This document shows, piece by piece, positions 27,749 through 40,540 of a stretch of 64,000 nucleotides of DNA; positions within the stretch are counted from its first letter, which is position 1, and every line of letters begins with the position of its first letter. This DNA is from Octopus vulgaris. Its lineage: Eukaryota. The position numbers and the translations under genes are program-made. A model generated the notes under the pieces. The model was not told the origin of the DNA and ran no database searches. It was given only the letters and a program-made list of their open reading frames with translations. The DNA lies in NCBI GenBank assembly GCA_951406725.2, contig OX597814.1, positions 154,752,001 through 154,816,000 of the forward strand, given 5' to 3'.

Positions 27749-27783
27749 TCTTCCGACGAATGGCCTACAACCGAAACGTTAGA
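27749..27783 (+). ncRNA. Decayed hammerhead-like motif
   Basis: UCUU-CCGACGA-AU-GG(CCUACAA)CC-GAAAC-GUU-AGA in a pyrimidine-rich, Penelope-like context. Confidence 0.4.
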
Positions 27784-28102
27784 CTCAAACTTTGTTCTTT
27801 TTGTGTTTTTCGCTTTAATAATTATTGTATAGTATACATTCATACATAAATACATGCATATACATATTACATATATACATATATATAATACACACACACA
27901 CACACACACACACACACCCACGCACACACACACACACACACGTATATATAAAGTAACAAACTGAGGAAAAGAAATCCTTCAAAGGGGTGTGTTATATAAT
28001 ATTTTGTTATGTTATATTATATTCATAGTATTTAATGTAATATTGTAATATAAATAGATTATTGAATTGACAATAGAATAACTCTATATTTAATTTATCT
28101 TA

Positions 28103-28148
<46 letters not shown>

Positions 28149-28245
28149 TGTGTGTGTGTGTGTGTATTTATATATATATATATTTATTTATATATATATA
28201 TTAATTTATATTTACACACACACACACACACCCACATATATATAT

Positions 28246-28408
28246 AGGTGCAAGAGTGGCTGTGTCGTAAGTAGCTTGCTTACCAACCGCATGATTCCGG
28301 GTTCAGTCCCACTGCGTGGCACCGTAGTCAAGTGTCTTCTACTATAGCCTCGGGCCGACCAAAACCTTGTGAATGGATTGGTAGGCGGAAACGGAAAGAA
28401 GCTCATCG

Positions 28409-28474
<66 letters not shown>

Positions 28475-28684
28475 TGGGTATGTGTCTGTGTGTCTGTGTG
28501 TGTCCCCCGAACATCACTCGTCAACTGATGCTGGTGTGCTTATGTCCCCGTAACTTAGCAGTTCGGCAAGAAAGACCGATAGAATAAGTATTAGGCTTAC
28601 AAAAATAAGTCCTGGGGCCGATTTGTTCGACCAAAGTCGGTGCTGCAGCATGGTCTCAGTCAAATAACTGAAGCGAATAAAAGA
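28246..28684 (+). mobile_element. SINE family B, full length
   Basis: tRNA-like head, a CORE-like caagtgtcttct segment, central (TA)n(TG)n and conserved tail. Confidence 0.9.
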
Positions 28685-28796
28685 TTATAAATATATATAT
28701 GTACACACTCATATATATATATATACATATATATATATACATATGAATATAGATATATATTACATATATACGCATGTATGTATACATATGTGTATG

Positions 28797-28878
<82 letters not shown>

Positions 28879-29638
28879 TATACACACACACATATATAAA
28901 GATAAACAGTGATATATATAGATTGATAGTAAAGCACACGCAACAAATAAAACACGAGCAAATACAAAATACATAGTGTATTTTGTATGTTTGTATGTGA
29001 GAAAATGCACGTAACTACTACAGAAAAATTAATATTCAATATTTTGTGCGCGTTGGTACGCACATGCATATGACACTTTCATAATCAGTTCTAAAAGATA
29101 TTAACCATTATCACTGTCAACCATTCGTCACACTGTAGATATATAAAATGCAGAATATTATCAAGTATTCTTGACAACGGCACGTTAACCCAAACCAGCA
29201 ATTTCCACTCAGACATTTGACACTAAATGAAAAATTAACGGTAATTCAAATCTGCACTAGTGCTGGAACATTTGACAGACAAGTCTTTGGTAGTTCATTA
29301 CTCAGGGTCAAATATCCAATGGAATTATCTTTGCTGAAATACAACTCATCATCTTGTACAAGTGCACCAGAGGCGTGTCATATTACAAATTGTATTACAT
29401 ATACATAAATATATACATACATAATACAGATATGTGTGTTTGTGTGTGTGCATTAATTCTCACACACATATGTGACGAATGCACAGGAATTTACAACTTA
29501 GAAATTACATTTAACTTTTTCTTTCTTAAATAAAGTGAATATGATAATCTACTTAAACATATTGTGTGATCTTGCAATTAATATTTGCCTGTTTTATTCA
29601 CACTTCACGTGAAAACAATCGTTGGTATATGTATGCGT

Positions 29639-29689
<51 letters not shown>

Positions 29690-29789
29690 TACATACATAC
29701 ACATATACACACATACACACACATACATACACATACGTATAAGAGAGCTGACGGAAAACGAATTCATCCGTCTGTATGACCTCGTCAGA

Positions 29790-32343
29790 CTGGGACACAT
29801 ACACTAATAACAAATGTTCACCTAATTCCGAAAGAACCATGGTAGAACCCAAAATGATAAAATCGATAAACATGATGACACCAGTGCAAGTAACTGTGTG
29901 GTCGTCAATAAAGACTAACACGGGAACGAGAAGACTAATAAAGGAAGTGGCAGAAGTTTCCTAAAATGCCTTGAAGAACTACCAGTGGCAGAAACAAACT
30001 AGACCAAGAAACGTTAGGCATTACTCAAAATAGAAACAAAACCAGGGTAAGAGAGGCCCCTAGCAATAAAGATACCGAAAGAAGAGGAAGGAGCAAAAGG
30101 GCATGCACATAAGGGATCCATAAAATATTACCTGCGAGGTGTTTACTGGCATGAAGACAATGGTACTAACAGTCGTTTCATGCACCCAAAGATTTGTGCA
30201 GCTACATCAGACAAAGCGACTGCTTCCTCCCACTATTAACAAGAATAACTGTGTCATCAATGTGTCATCAAATTTCTACTCAAATGTATTAAAAAGCAGT
30301 AGATGAACAATCTCTTTTGGCTTGGTAAAAAACTATGGTGCGGCAGCTGACCTGGCTGCATCAAACTCAAAATCAGAGCCATGCCTACCAAAGCAGGAGG
30401 CCACCACAAAGAACAGATCGAGGATGGCTATCACAAAGTGACATCTGCACAATTGTCACACCAGTTCTTCTATTCAATGTTACAAGTTTGTTACAACTTA
30501 GTAACAAACCTAACATTTTCTGCATGAAAATCCTTGATGCATGCTTTCAAGCTCTATGCACAACACACACTGAAATGTATCTAACATCTTATATAGCAGA
30601 TACAGAATTGCATAAACCAAAGTATGTTGCATTCCGAACTGACCTGAAAGAAAGGAGTCGTGGTAGAATTGCAATGTATATCCGTGAAGACCTCACGCCC
30701 GTAGCCTTGCTGTCATATTCAAACTAGGTTTGTGACTCACGAATAGTGTATATAAGACAATCCGAAATAGCTATGTATCACATGTCGCCAACCAGATGCT
30801 CCAAATCTTATGTATAATTTTGAAGGTTGCTTCATAAATAATATGGAACTCGTCCATAACGTGGAAGGGATACTGACAATACTCCCAAATCATAATATAG
30901 TAGAACTCACAATGGATGAGCCATAGGAAATCGCAGATAAGCAGCAGCCTATGGAAACTCATTGAGCCACTCCATCTGTTTTATCTAGTAGTTGGCGCCT
31001 GAATCTGTTCAGTATGATTTTCCACTAATCACACTGGAAAGTAATAGAAAAAAATGATCCTCAAACAAAATTGGCATAGATATCTCGCGAAACCTGAGAT
31101 ATAACGTTTAAGCAATTCATGTCAGCAATGCAAGTCGTACCCTTAAAATTTGTCCCAGGGAGAAACGCCAGCCTGTACAAGAGCAAAATTCCCAGAGAGA
31201 GAAAAGTTGCAAATCAAAGTTTGCAAACCACCTAGATATACAGCTGAAAAAAACAGCAAAAATCCCGTCTAAAATGGATATTACTAATGACTGGGAAAAA
31301 TCTTCAATATTTCCGTGAAAGAGAGAGAGCAGAAAAAGAAACCAAGAGTATAGAAAATATATAAAAACAAAAGTTTTCTTTAAATTTGCTAAAGAAACAG
31401 TCTACAGGGCTACTGTTTTGAAGAAAACGATTCCCTAACCCGAAATCTTAACACGATAAATGAAATACTAAATGCACAATTCCAAAAACAAAAGAAAGTT
31501 AGTTTTTTTCTCTCTGGGACACGTGCTAGTTAACAAACCAGATGAGTTTTTGTCCCTATAACTGAACACAGTAAGGCAGCTACGATCAATTACGTTGACA
31601 TAAAAGACCTAATACTGGCCATACGTAAATGACATAAACCTTAACTCAATTACAGGTTCTGATGAATTTCCGGTAATTTTTTCTAAAAATGTGCAAACGA
31701 ATTCTAGCAAAAGCACTGCAAACTGTTTTCCAGAGCTGCCTTGCAAGTGGCAAACTTTCAGGCAAATTAAAGACTGGTATGATATAATCTCTGCAAAAAG
31801 GCAGAAACAGAACAGCTGCTGAAACTTATAAGCCTATCTCTCTGACCTCTTATTGATATGCAAAGTCAGGACATGCAAAAGTTATGAAAGTTGTCAGAAA
31901 GAAGCTAATCACGTTCGTTGAAGGAAATGACTTGCTCACTGACAGCCAACATGGTTTTCGGTCAGAAAATATTCGCCCGACACACCTCATACAACTCTAC
32001 AACTGAATGTTAAATTGGGAGCGATAATGTTGACTGCTGATGACTAATGGCGTCCGAAGGACCACCATTGTTACCTTTCCTCTAGTTCTGAAAGTCCTTA
32101 ACATTCGCACATGTAGATGTGATACAATTCTATTTTGCGAAATCTTTCGATAAATTCGATCTTGGAATGTTACGTCACAAACTACGTGATCGCGGCATAC
32201 GAGGAAAGCTGGATGAGTGGCTGCATGACTTAAGACAAAAGCCAGAGGCCATCTTTCAGGAAAGACTAATAATGGGTGGGATACCACTGGGTATTGTTCT
32301 GGGGCCACTACTATTCATAGTATTTCTATCAGACTTGCCATAA
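29790..32343 (+). pseudogene. Decayed APE-type LINE (CR1/L2/Jockey-like), endonuclease and RT remnants
   Basis: Motifs FRTD..RSRGRIAMYIREDL (APE), YKPISLTS, LLTDSQHGFR, FAKSFDK..LRHKL..GIRGKL and GIPLGIVLGPLLFIVFLSDLP. Many stops and frameshifts; 5' boundary approximate. Confidence 0.85.
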
Positions 32344-32772
32344 ACGTGCTTGCACACGTACACACACACACGCACAGAGAGACAAACACACAAACACACA
32401 CACACAGAAACACACGCATCGATGAGTGCTCATAAGGTAAACTTAATTCCTTTCAGTAGTAATAATATACACTCATTACTCACATAAAAAATGACGTGCC
32501 GTAGCTGAATGGCTAAGAAGATCGTTTATCAATCACGAGATCCTGAGTTCGATTCCAATGCGAGGCATCTTAACCAAGTGTCTTTTACGGAAGCTTTTGA
32601 ATGAAATACAGTAACCGGAAACTGTTTGGAAGTCCGTTGGATGCTTCGTACCCGTAATTCAAAAGTCCAAACTTGTCATACACTATGTCCTACTCATTCT
32701 GTCCGAAGATTATGTTAAATTTACACATGCCTGTGAAGCACAGTGAAACTTTGCAATATTAAAAATATTTAA

Positions 32773-33401
32773 GGCAGAGAGCTGGCAGAAACGTTAGCAC
32801 GCCGGGCGAAAGTTGTAGCCGTATTTCGTCTGCCGTTACGTTCTGAGTTCAAATTCCGCTGAGGTCGACTTTGCCTTTCATCCTTTCGGGGTCGATTAAA
32901 TACGTACCAGTTACACTCTGGAGTCGATATAATCGACTTAATTCGTTTTTCTGTCCTTGTTTGTCCCCTCTGTGTGTAGCCCCTTGTGGGCAGCAAAGAA
33001 ATAGGTATTTCGTCTGTCTTTACATTCTGAGTTCAAATTCCGCCGAGGTCGACTTCCTTTCGGGGTCGATAAATTAAGAACCTGTTGCGTACTGTGGGCA
33101 ATCTAATCGACTGGCCCTCTCCCGCCAAATTTCGAACTTTGTGCCTAGCTACGCACTAGGGTCGATGTAATCGACTTAATCCGTTTGTCTGTCCTTGTTT
33201 GTACCCTCTGTGTTTAGCCCCTTGTGGACAGTAAAGAAATAAGTATTTCGCCTGTCTTTATGTTCTAAGTTCAAATTCCGCCGGGGTCGACTTTGCTTTT
33301 CATCCTTTCGGGGTCGATAAATTAAGAACCTGTTGCGTACTGGGGGCGATGTAATCAACTGCCCCACCCACCAATTTCGAGCCTTGTGCCTAGAGTAGAA
33401 A
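32773..33401 (+). mobile_element. SINE family A, tandem multimer (4 full or partial units)
   Basis: Units at about 32773-33004, 33005-33148, 33151-33242 and 33243-33401. Confidence 0.9.
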
Positions 33402-33887
33402 AGTATACGTGTGCGCTTATATATGCATGCGTATATCTATTTTTATATATATATACATACATACTTATACTTTTCGGTTTCACCTATTTTTTGTACAATA
33501 GTTTATTGCTCAAAGAACACAAAGTTAAAGCTCAGTGCAGGAATCATAAAATATTATATTGTGTGTGTATATGTGTATGTGTGTATGTATGTATGTTTAT
33601 GTATCGATGTGTATGTACGTTTATGTATGTAAGTATGTATGTATACACACACACACACATATATTTCTCAGTAGAACGATGTAAACATAAGCATGTATTT
33701 TTACATTTTTTTTTTTGCATACATATACAGTTACACACAACGAGCGTCAGCTCTGCCTATATACTGTTGTTCATGCACTCGTGGGTGTACCTTTACCTTC
33801 ACACAATTCTCCTTCTTCCTCTCTTTACACACACACAGCCATCTATGTACACGTACACATATCCACACACATGCTTGTATGAATGTG

Positions 33888-33953
<66 letters not shown>

Positions 33954-35545
33954 AATGTGTGTATGTGTGCATGCGTGCTTGTGTATATGTGTGTATCTTT
34001 GTTTCTGTGTATGTGTGCGTGTATCCCTCACAGTCTCGCGCATATACGCTATAAAGAAAGAGTACACTCGCAGCCTCGATGCTGCAGAGTCGTATATATA
34101 TATTCAAAGCCGGATATTTGCTTTCAGCCTGTAGTTATCGTTATGCACCATTTCACTTCTACTGCAGATTTATGAGCATTCCTTTTTCTGGCAGCCAAAT
34201 GACGGAGTGACTGGGCTACTGGTGTCAGAATCATGTTGTTCCTCTAAACATGAAATGCAGCAGAGATATTCTTACATTATCTTCAACATTCTCTTTTTCA
34301 TTCCATCTATTTCTCTCTAAACTACTTTGTTTCATTCTATCTTCTTTCCTTCCTTCCTTTCTTTTTTGTTTGTTTGTTTGTTTGTTTCTTTCTTTCTTTT
34401 TATCTTCAAACTTTACAAGTGAAATATAACCCACAAAAAAAAAAAAAAACAACCAGAATGTTATTGTGATAAATCACAATTTAGTCGAGTAAGATGGTCA
34501 AAGTTTGGTGCCAACGTAAGCAAGATGACATGCTTGCAAATATAGAAATAATTGCTTCGATGTTTTCCGCCTCACTACAGCCTCAACCACAATCATGCCA
34601 CCCACCACCACCACCAACAACAACAAATACACCGATACCGTATTCAAAAGTCTTTTTACATTATAACTTTTTTTGTCAACACGGACATTTTGCACCGTAA
34701 TATTAAGTCAACTCGTTAATTCATTTAGTGACACTGATGCAGTAAGCGGCGATTTACCAGAATTAAAGGCTCTTAGAATAACAAGATAAAAAGAAAACGA
34801 TGATGTCGCAAAAGGAAAAAAAAAAAACAAATGAAAAACTATAAGAATCCTATCATGTGCAGACGAACTGTAAAAGAGTTCAAATATGGCAGAGGTGAGG
34901 AAAAGAACTAAATACCCGAGTTTGACAGGCCGCTAAGTGTTTGTACCGGTAGCTTTCGAGACCCCAGGAGCTCTTGAACTCCGCACTGCTGATTTCCTCT
35001 GCAGGTTTCATCATTATATTCCATGTGTAAGACCATCTTAATTTGTCGATAATTTGGTCTTTCATACTTCTATTTTTTTTCTTTTAATCAATTTATCTTT
35101 AATATGGCAATAGGTCGTTATTCAAAAGTTTTGTGCATCCAGAGACTCAGTAAAACATTTAATTGTACGTCTTTATAAGATACAAGATTCTATGTTTTAG
35201 TTAAGATCGCTATTGAATAGGTATCAGACATTCTGGGTAATCCCTCTATGTCTCAAAGGCAGACTATCGTCTTACACAAGGATTTGTATTGAGTCTGAAA
35301 GCGAGTAACTATCCACTTAATAAGTCCACTTCAATTCATGAGAGTATTACTAACTTATTAATTAAAGTGATTTAACTGAACACTAACTATATATTTGTCT
35401 AAGCCGGCAATCCTGGAAATGATATCTTAGAATTAAATAAGACCAGAAATGCACATGCGCTGCAGAAAGGAATCAGAGAATGCAAAATATACTTCTTGTA
35501 CAAAAATCTAGAGTTAGAGGAGTCTTGGTGCAATATCACGACTAT

Positions 35546-35774
35546 GGCGAGCTGGCAGAAACGTTAGCACGCCGGTCGAAATGCGTAGCCGTATTTCGTC
35601 TGCCGTTACGTTCTGAGTTCAAATTCCGCCGAGGTCGACTTTGCCTTTCTACGTTTTCGGGGCCGATAAATAAAGTACCAGTTTCGCACTGGGGTCGATG
35701 TAATCGACTTAATCCCTTTGACTGTCCTTCTTTGTCCCCTCTGTCTTTAGCCCCTTGTGGGCAATAAAGAAATA
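35546..35774 (+). mobile_element. SINE family A monomer
   Basis: ggcgagctggcagaaacgttagcacgcc..gagttcaaattcc..aaagaaata. Confidence 0.92.
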
Positions 35775-36065
35775 TATATATTCTGATTCCTATGTATCAC
35801 TTAGATTCTATGTCTGTAAAAAAAAAAAATTCTACTGAATACATTAATTACTTTTTGACTAAGAGACGTCGTTATTTGATACGATATATAGCAATGTTCA
35901 CCCTTTTCATTTCACATGATTTAAACTCGGTCATTGAGATGAATAGATTGGTTTGCAGGCTTATTTTTGTGAATGAATTTAATCACAATAAAACAAGGTC
36001 CGATATCAGGCTTCATTTGCTGATACTCGACGGATTCAGATTAACATGGAAGAACCACACATGCT

Positions 36066-36103
<38 letters not shown>

Positions 36104-36277
36104 ACACGCGCAAAATATATTAATAGGTCGCATTCGGATTCCTGCAATAATCATTATTATTTACTAATTTTCTTTAGAAAATACTTTAAAGTTCTAAGTT
36201 TTGGTTTCCATAACTAATCTTAATGCTATTATTATTATTCTTTATTTTTATTCTTATTCTCCTGATTATTATTATTA

Positions 36278-36505
36278 CAGTAATCCTATTATTACAGTAA
36301 TACAGGTGTTACGTTCCAAAACCCCACGCGATAGGTGAAAATCTGCGAAGTAGAAACAGTACTGTACTGTATATTTAAAAAAATTATTTTTATAATTTGT
36401 ATATATTTATTTTATTATAATTGCAAAACAACACCACGGAGGAATCAACGTAAGCTTAAATGATAAACCGCGATAGGTGAACCGCGATATGATGAGGGAT
36501 TACTG
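36278..36505. mobile_element. Tigger/pogo-like MITE
   Basis: TA-CAGTAATCC.. / ..GGGATTACTG, with internal repeats cgcgataggtgaa. Confidence 0.65.
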
Positions 36506-36798
36506 CATTGATGTCGTTGCTTTTAGGGTGGTCACCTGGAAGAATCATTTGAGTATTTGAAAAACAAATTGTTTAACGGCATTTCTTATAGCTCTTTGTG
36601 TTCTGGATTCAAATGCCGCTGAGGTCAACTTTATTCTTTTCTGGTGTCCCTAAAATACGTACAAGTTGAATACTTGGATCGATGTAATCGACATGCCCCG
36701 TCCCTCTAAAATTGTTGACCTTGTAGCAAAATTAGATTGTAAATCCAATCGATTAGAAATATCAGCAACAGCAACAGTATCAGCAACCACAACAACAG

Positions 36799-36990
36799 CG
36801 GAGGCGCAATGGCCCAGTGGTTAGGGCAGCAGACTCGAGGTCGTAAGAACGCGGCTTCGATTCTCAGACTGGGCATTGTGAGTGTTTATTGAGCGAAACA
36901 CCTAAGTTCCACGAGGCTCTGGCGGGGTGGAAGTGCTGAACCCCGCTGTATTCATCCATTACAACTTACTCTCACTCTTTCTTTCTACTT
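36799..36990 (+). mobile_element. SINE family C, 5' half
   Basis: ggaggcgcaatggcccagtggttagggcag..ttcgattc matches the reverse complement of 38590-38773. Confidence 0.85.
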
Positions 36991-37999
36991 TTGTCACAAA
37001 GCAGAGGAACCATGGTGTAACTCACTATGGTGTGGTAAATTTTCAGACCCTAGTCTAGATTGTGAATCCTCTGTACCCCAGGATGGTTCAGCTCCCCACC
37101 CGTTAAAAGTCACCGTTTACGGAATGAGGATAACAACGTGGCTTTCGCGCCCGTGCAACCGCTAGTCTATCGCGTGTGGTGGGTGAATCTTCAAGTTGCC
37201 ACATGCATTCTTAGTAGCTTAGAGTAGGCTCCAGTTAGAGATTATTCTTTGTGGCTAATGGTGTGAGACTTGATTAGAAGAAGGAGAAGAAGAAAAAGAA
37301 GACAACAACAACAACAATATTGCTACTAATAATAAAGATATCAACGTCAACATCAAGATACATACACATATCGCTTCAAGTGCAAGCGCGAACAACGTTA
37401 AATTGCATTTGTGCAATAGGAAAATTCTCGATCTGAAACATTTTATCGAAAAATCAAGAGCCAAGAACATTTTGCTCATCGAACCAAGGCCAGCTTTCCT
37501 CAAACAAAGTTCATGCGAGAAGAAAATATGGAAAGCAAACTATACAACAGGGTTTTCTGAAGCTACGGAAGCACGAATTAGAGACAGTGAAATGTCCTTT
37601 ATTAGTATTCTTACAGATAAAACGGTATAATAAAGGGTGTTTATTTACTTTTGAGATGTCTGTGAATATGCACGTGTGTATGTATGTCATTATTCAGTTT
37701 ATAGCACTATTTTTGTCATTTTAAAGCAGAGAACGAGGCGATAGCCCAAGCGCAAATAGTACGCGATACACATGCTCATAAATTAGTCCCACTATATTTA
37801 GGAAGCAGAAGCACAAAAGTTGTCTTCAGGCTGTTGAGCGGATTGTTGGAAATGATCCCTGTTGTAATGCAGCAGATGTAGCAGAGCTACTCCAAAGGAA
37901 TTTCAACAACAGTGTACTTTTGTATGTATGTATGTATGTATGTATGTATGTATGTATGTATGTATGTATGTATGTATGTATGTATGTATGTATGTATGT

Positions 38000-39480
38000 G
38001 CAGAACTGTATGTTTTATGTATGTATTCTCATGCACATAGTTGCATATCAAAACTTACTCATATATATTTAAATGATTCACTTCTGGATCTGTAGTCTTC
38101 GGATTAGCTTTCTCCTTACTGGTTTTGAGAAGCCTAATTTCTCAAGATTGGTATTTAGGCAGTGTGTTACATATCCCAGGGCCCCAATAATTACAGGTTT
38201 AGACCCGAACTTGTAATCTGGATAGAATAACTGCAGATTTCTCAATAGTTCAGCAAGGTGTTTCTTTTTTACTGATCTTCAGTTTTATGTTAACATCGGC
38301 TGGGCATCTAATTCCCACAAATGTGCACAGTTTCTCTTCTTTCTTCTAAATTATCACATCAAGTCTGTTGTATTTACATTTTTTTTTTGTTGGAAGCACT
38401 CCGTCGGTTACGACGATGAGGGTTCCGGTTGATCCGATCAACGGAACAGCCTGCTCGTGAAATTAACGTGTAAGTGGCTGAGCACTCCACAGACACGTGT
38501 ACCCTTAACGTAGTTCTCGGGGATATTCAGCGTGACACAGAGAGTGACAAGGCCGGCCCTTTGAAATACAGGTACAACAGAAACAGGAAGTAAGAGTGAG
38601 AGAAAGTTATGGTGAAAGAGTACAGCAGGGATCACCACCATCCCTGCCGGAGCCTCGTGGAGCCTTAGATGTTTTCGCTCAATAAACATTCACAACGCCC
38701 GGTCTGGGAATCGAAACCGCGATCCTACGACCGCGAGTCCACTGCCCTAACCACTGGGCTATTGCGCCTCCACGTATTTACATTTTATTGAGGTCTTCAC
38801 TGGTATATTCCACCAGTATTCTTTTTTATTATGAGTAGCTATGGCTTCTACCATATTGCGGGTATTTATTCCTTTGTCCTCAGGATTATCCTTCAGACGG
38901 ATTTCATTATAGCTACAACGTCATATCTCATCGTGATATTTTCGGACAACTGCTTATGATGCGAGTTATATCTTCAGTGAGAACTCCACAAAGTTTGCAT
39001 CGGTTGTCTCATTTTAAGTCTTTTTCAGCATCTCTATCTCTTTTGTGCATCAGGTACTTGGTTGATATTTCCTGTTCTTGAATTGCAAACGCATACCTTT
39101 CAAAGTGGGAGGTAGTAATCCGGTTATTGGTCCATGATAAACTGCTTTGAAGATCAATGTTACTATCATCACGGAGCTTTCTAGTAACATATCTATGCAT
39201 AGTCTTCTGCTCACATAGTCTCATCTTTCCATCTGCTGATGTTTTGCAGTAGAGTCGTGCGACTTCTTTGGGCATGTATTCTAGGTTATCAGACAAAGAG
39301 TGTTGCTCAAGGAGCTGCCTTCCAAGTCTTATGATGCTATGAGACTCATGTATGCAAACTTGGTCTGCGGAAGGGATATGATGCGACATTCAAAGGCATT
39401 TTGGATCGATGTTAAGCCTCTGCCGCCTTGTTTTCATTTTAGGTAGAGGCGGTCTTGGTAACTTAATGTAGAAATTGTGT
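38000..39480 (-). pseudogene. 5'-truncated RLE-type non-LTR retrotransposon (R4/Dong-like), interrupted by a SINE
   Basis: Minus-strand motifs DRLYLK*KQGGRGL, FAIQEQEISTKY, CKLCGVLTEDITRIISSCP (CCHC relic), RYDVVA, WWNIPVKT..KYNRLDV and PVIIGALGYV. Confidence 0.85.
38383..38773 (-). mobile_element. SINE family C, full-length young copy with TSD
   Basis: Intact A/B boxes (tagcccagtggtt; ggtttcgattccc) and a short A tail. TSD GTATTTACATTTT at 38370-38382 and 38774-38786. Confidence 0.93.
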
Positions 39481-40251
39481 GCTTGTATGTATGTATGTAT
39501 GTATGTATGTATGTATGTATGTATGTATGTATGTATGTATGTATGTATGTATGTATGTATGTATGCATGTATGTATTATGTATGTATGTATGTATGTATG
39601 TATGTATGTATGTATGTATGTATGTATGTATATGTACGTATATAGGCACAACACAAGATCTATGTAGAATAACGTTGAAGGCAATATCACGTAAACTGAC
39701 ATACAAATTAAAATATGCAAATATAAAGCACAAGTGCACTGTACATACGAAGAACACAGACACATATACATGCGAAGTGGATATGAAAATGCTCAAACAC
39801 AAAGGAAATTGATAAACAGTTGATGAGTAAAGTAAGATTCATTTCGGAATTTTACCACCTTCCAAATATAACTAATCATCGACGACTTTCATAGATGAGC
39901 ATTTAATTATTCGAACGACTGAAGTATCAACGATTATATGATTATCTGAATGGATTAGAGACGTTTGAGCCTTGGTAAGAATGTTTTGCCATATATCTGA
40001 GTTGAAATCCCGTTGAAGTAGACTTTATTGTTTATCCTTTAAGGGTCCGACCCTTAAAATACTAGTCCAGTATGGGATTATCTTCTACCTTCCCCCTCTA
40101 CTTCTCCTTATACATGAGTCTTCACTCTGACTTACTCTTTCCCTCTCACTCCTTCTCTCTCCACCCTTATTGTTGCCATTTATATTGCACAATCTATATC
40201 GTGATTTATTTATTCATATTTTTTTTTGTTTTTGACTTCTTTTATTTTGCT

Positions 40252-40540
40252 AGGCACCGTCTTGAAGATTTTCAGTCGAATGAATCGATCCCAGTACTTT
40301 TTTTAAAAGCCTGGCTCCGAATCTGCCTGTTCTTTGGACGAATAGCTAAGTTAAAGGGACGAAAACACACCAATATCGATGGTCAAGCAGTGATGGAAGA
40401 CAAACACACGCACACACGAAGCTGTTTTCGTTTGGCCTGAAAGCTATAGTAGAAAACACTCGCCCAAAGTGCCACGGAGTAGGACTGAAATTGAAACCAT
40501 GTGGTCGGGGAGCAAACTTCCTAGCATACAGCCGCGCCTT
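40252..40540 (-). mobile_element. SINE family B, degenerate
   Basis: gctaagtt..gggacg.aaacacacca..ctatagtagaa.acact.gcccaa.gtgccacg. Confidence 0.7.

Noticed and set aside
24694-33401. Tandem repeat units that might be read as CRISPR-like arrays
   Set aside because: They are SINE multimers without unique spacers, in a eukaryotic context with no cas genes.
38700-38773. tRNA-like sequence (also at 36799, 55358 and about 62800)
   Set aside because: These are SINE heads: no complete acceptor stem, and they continue into a repeat body.
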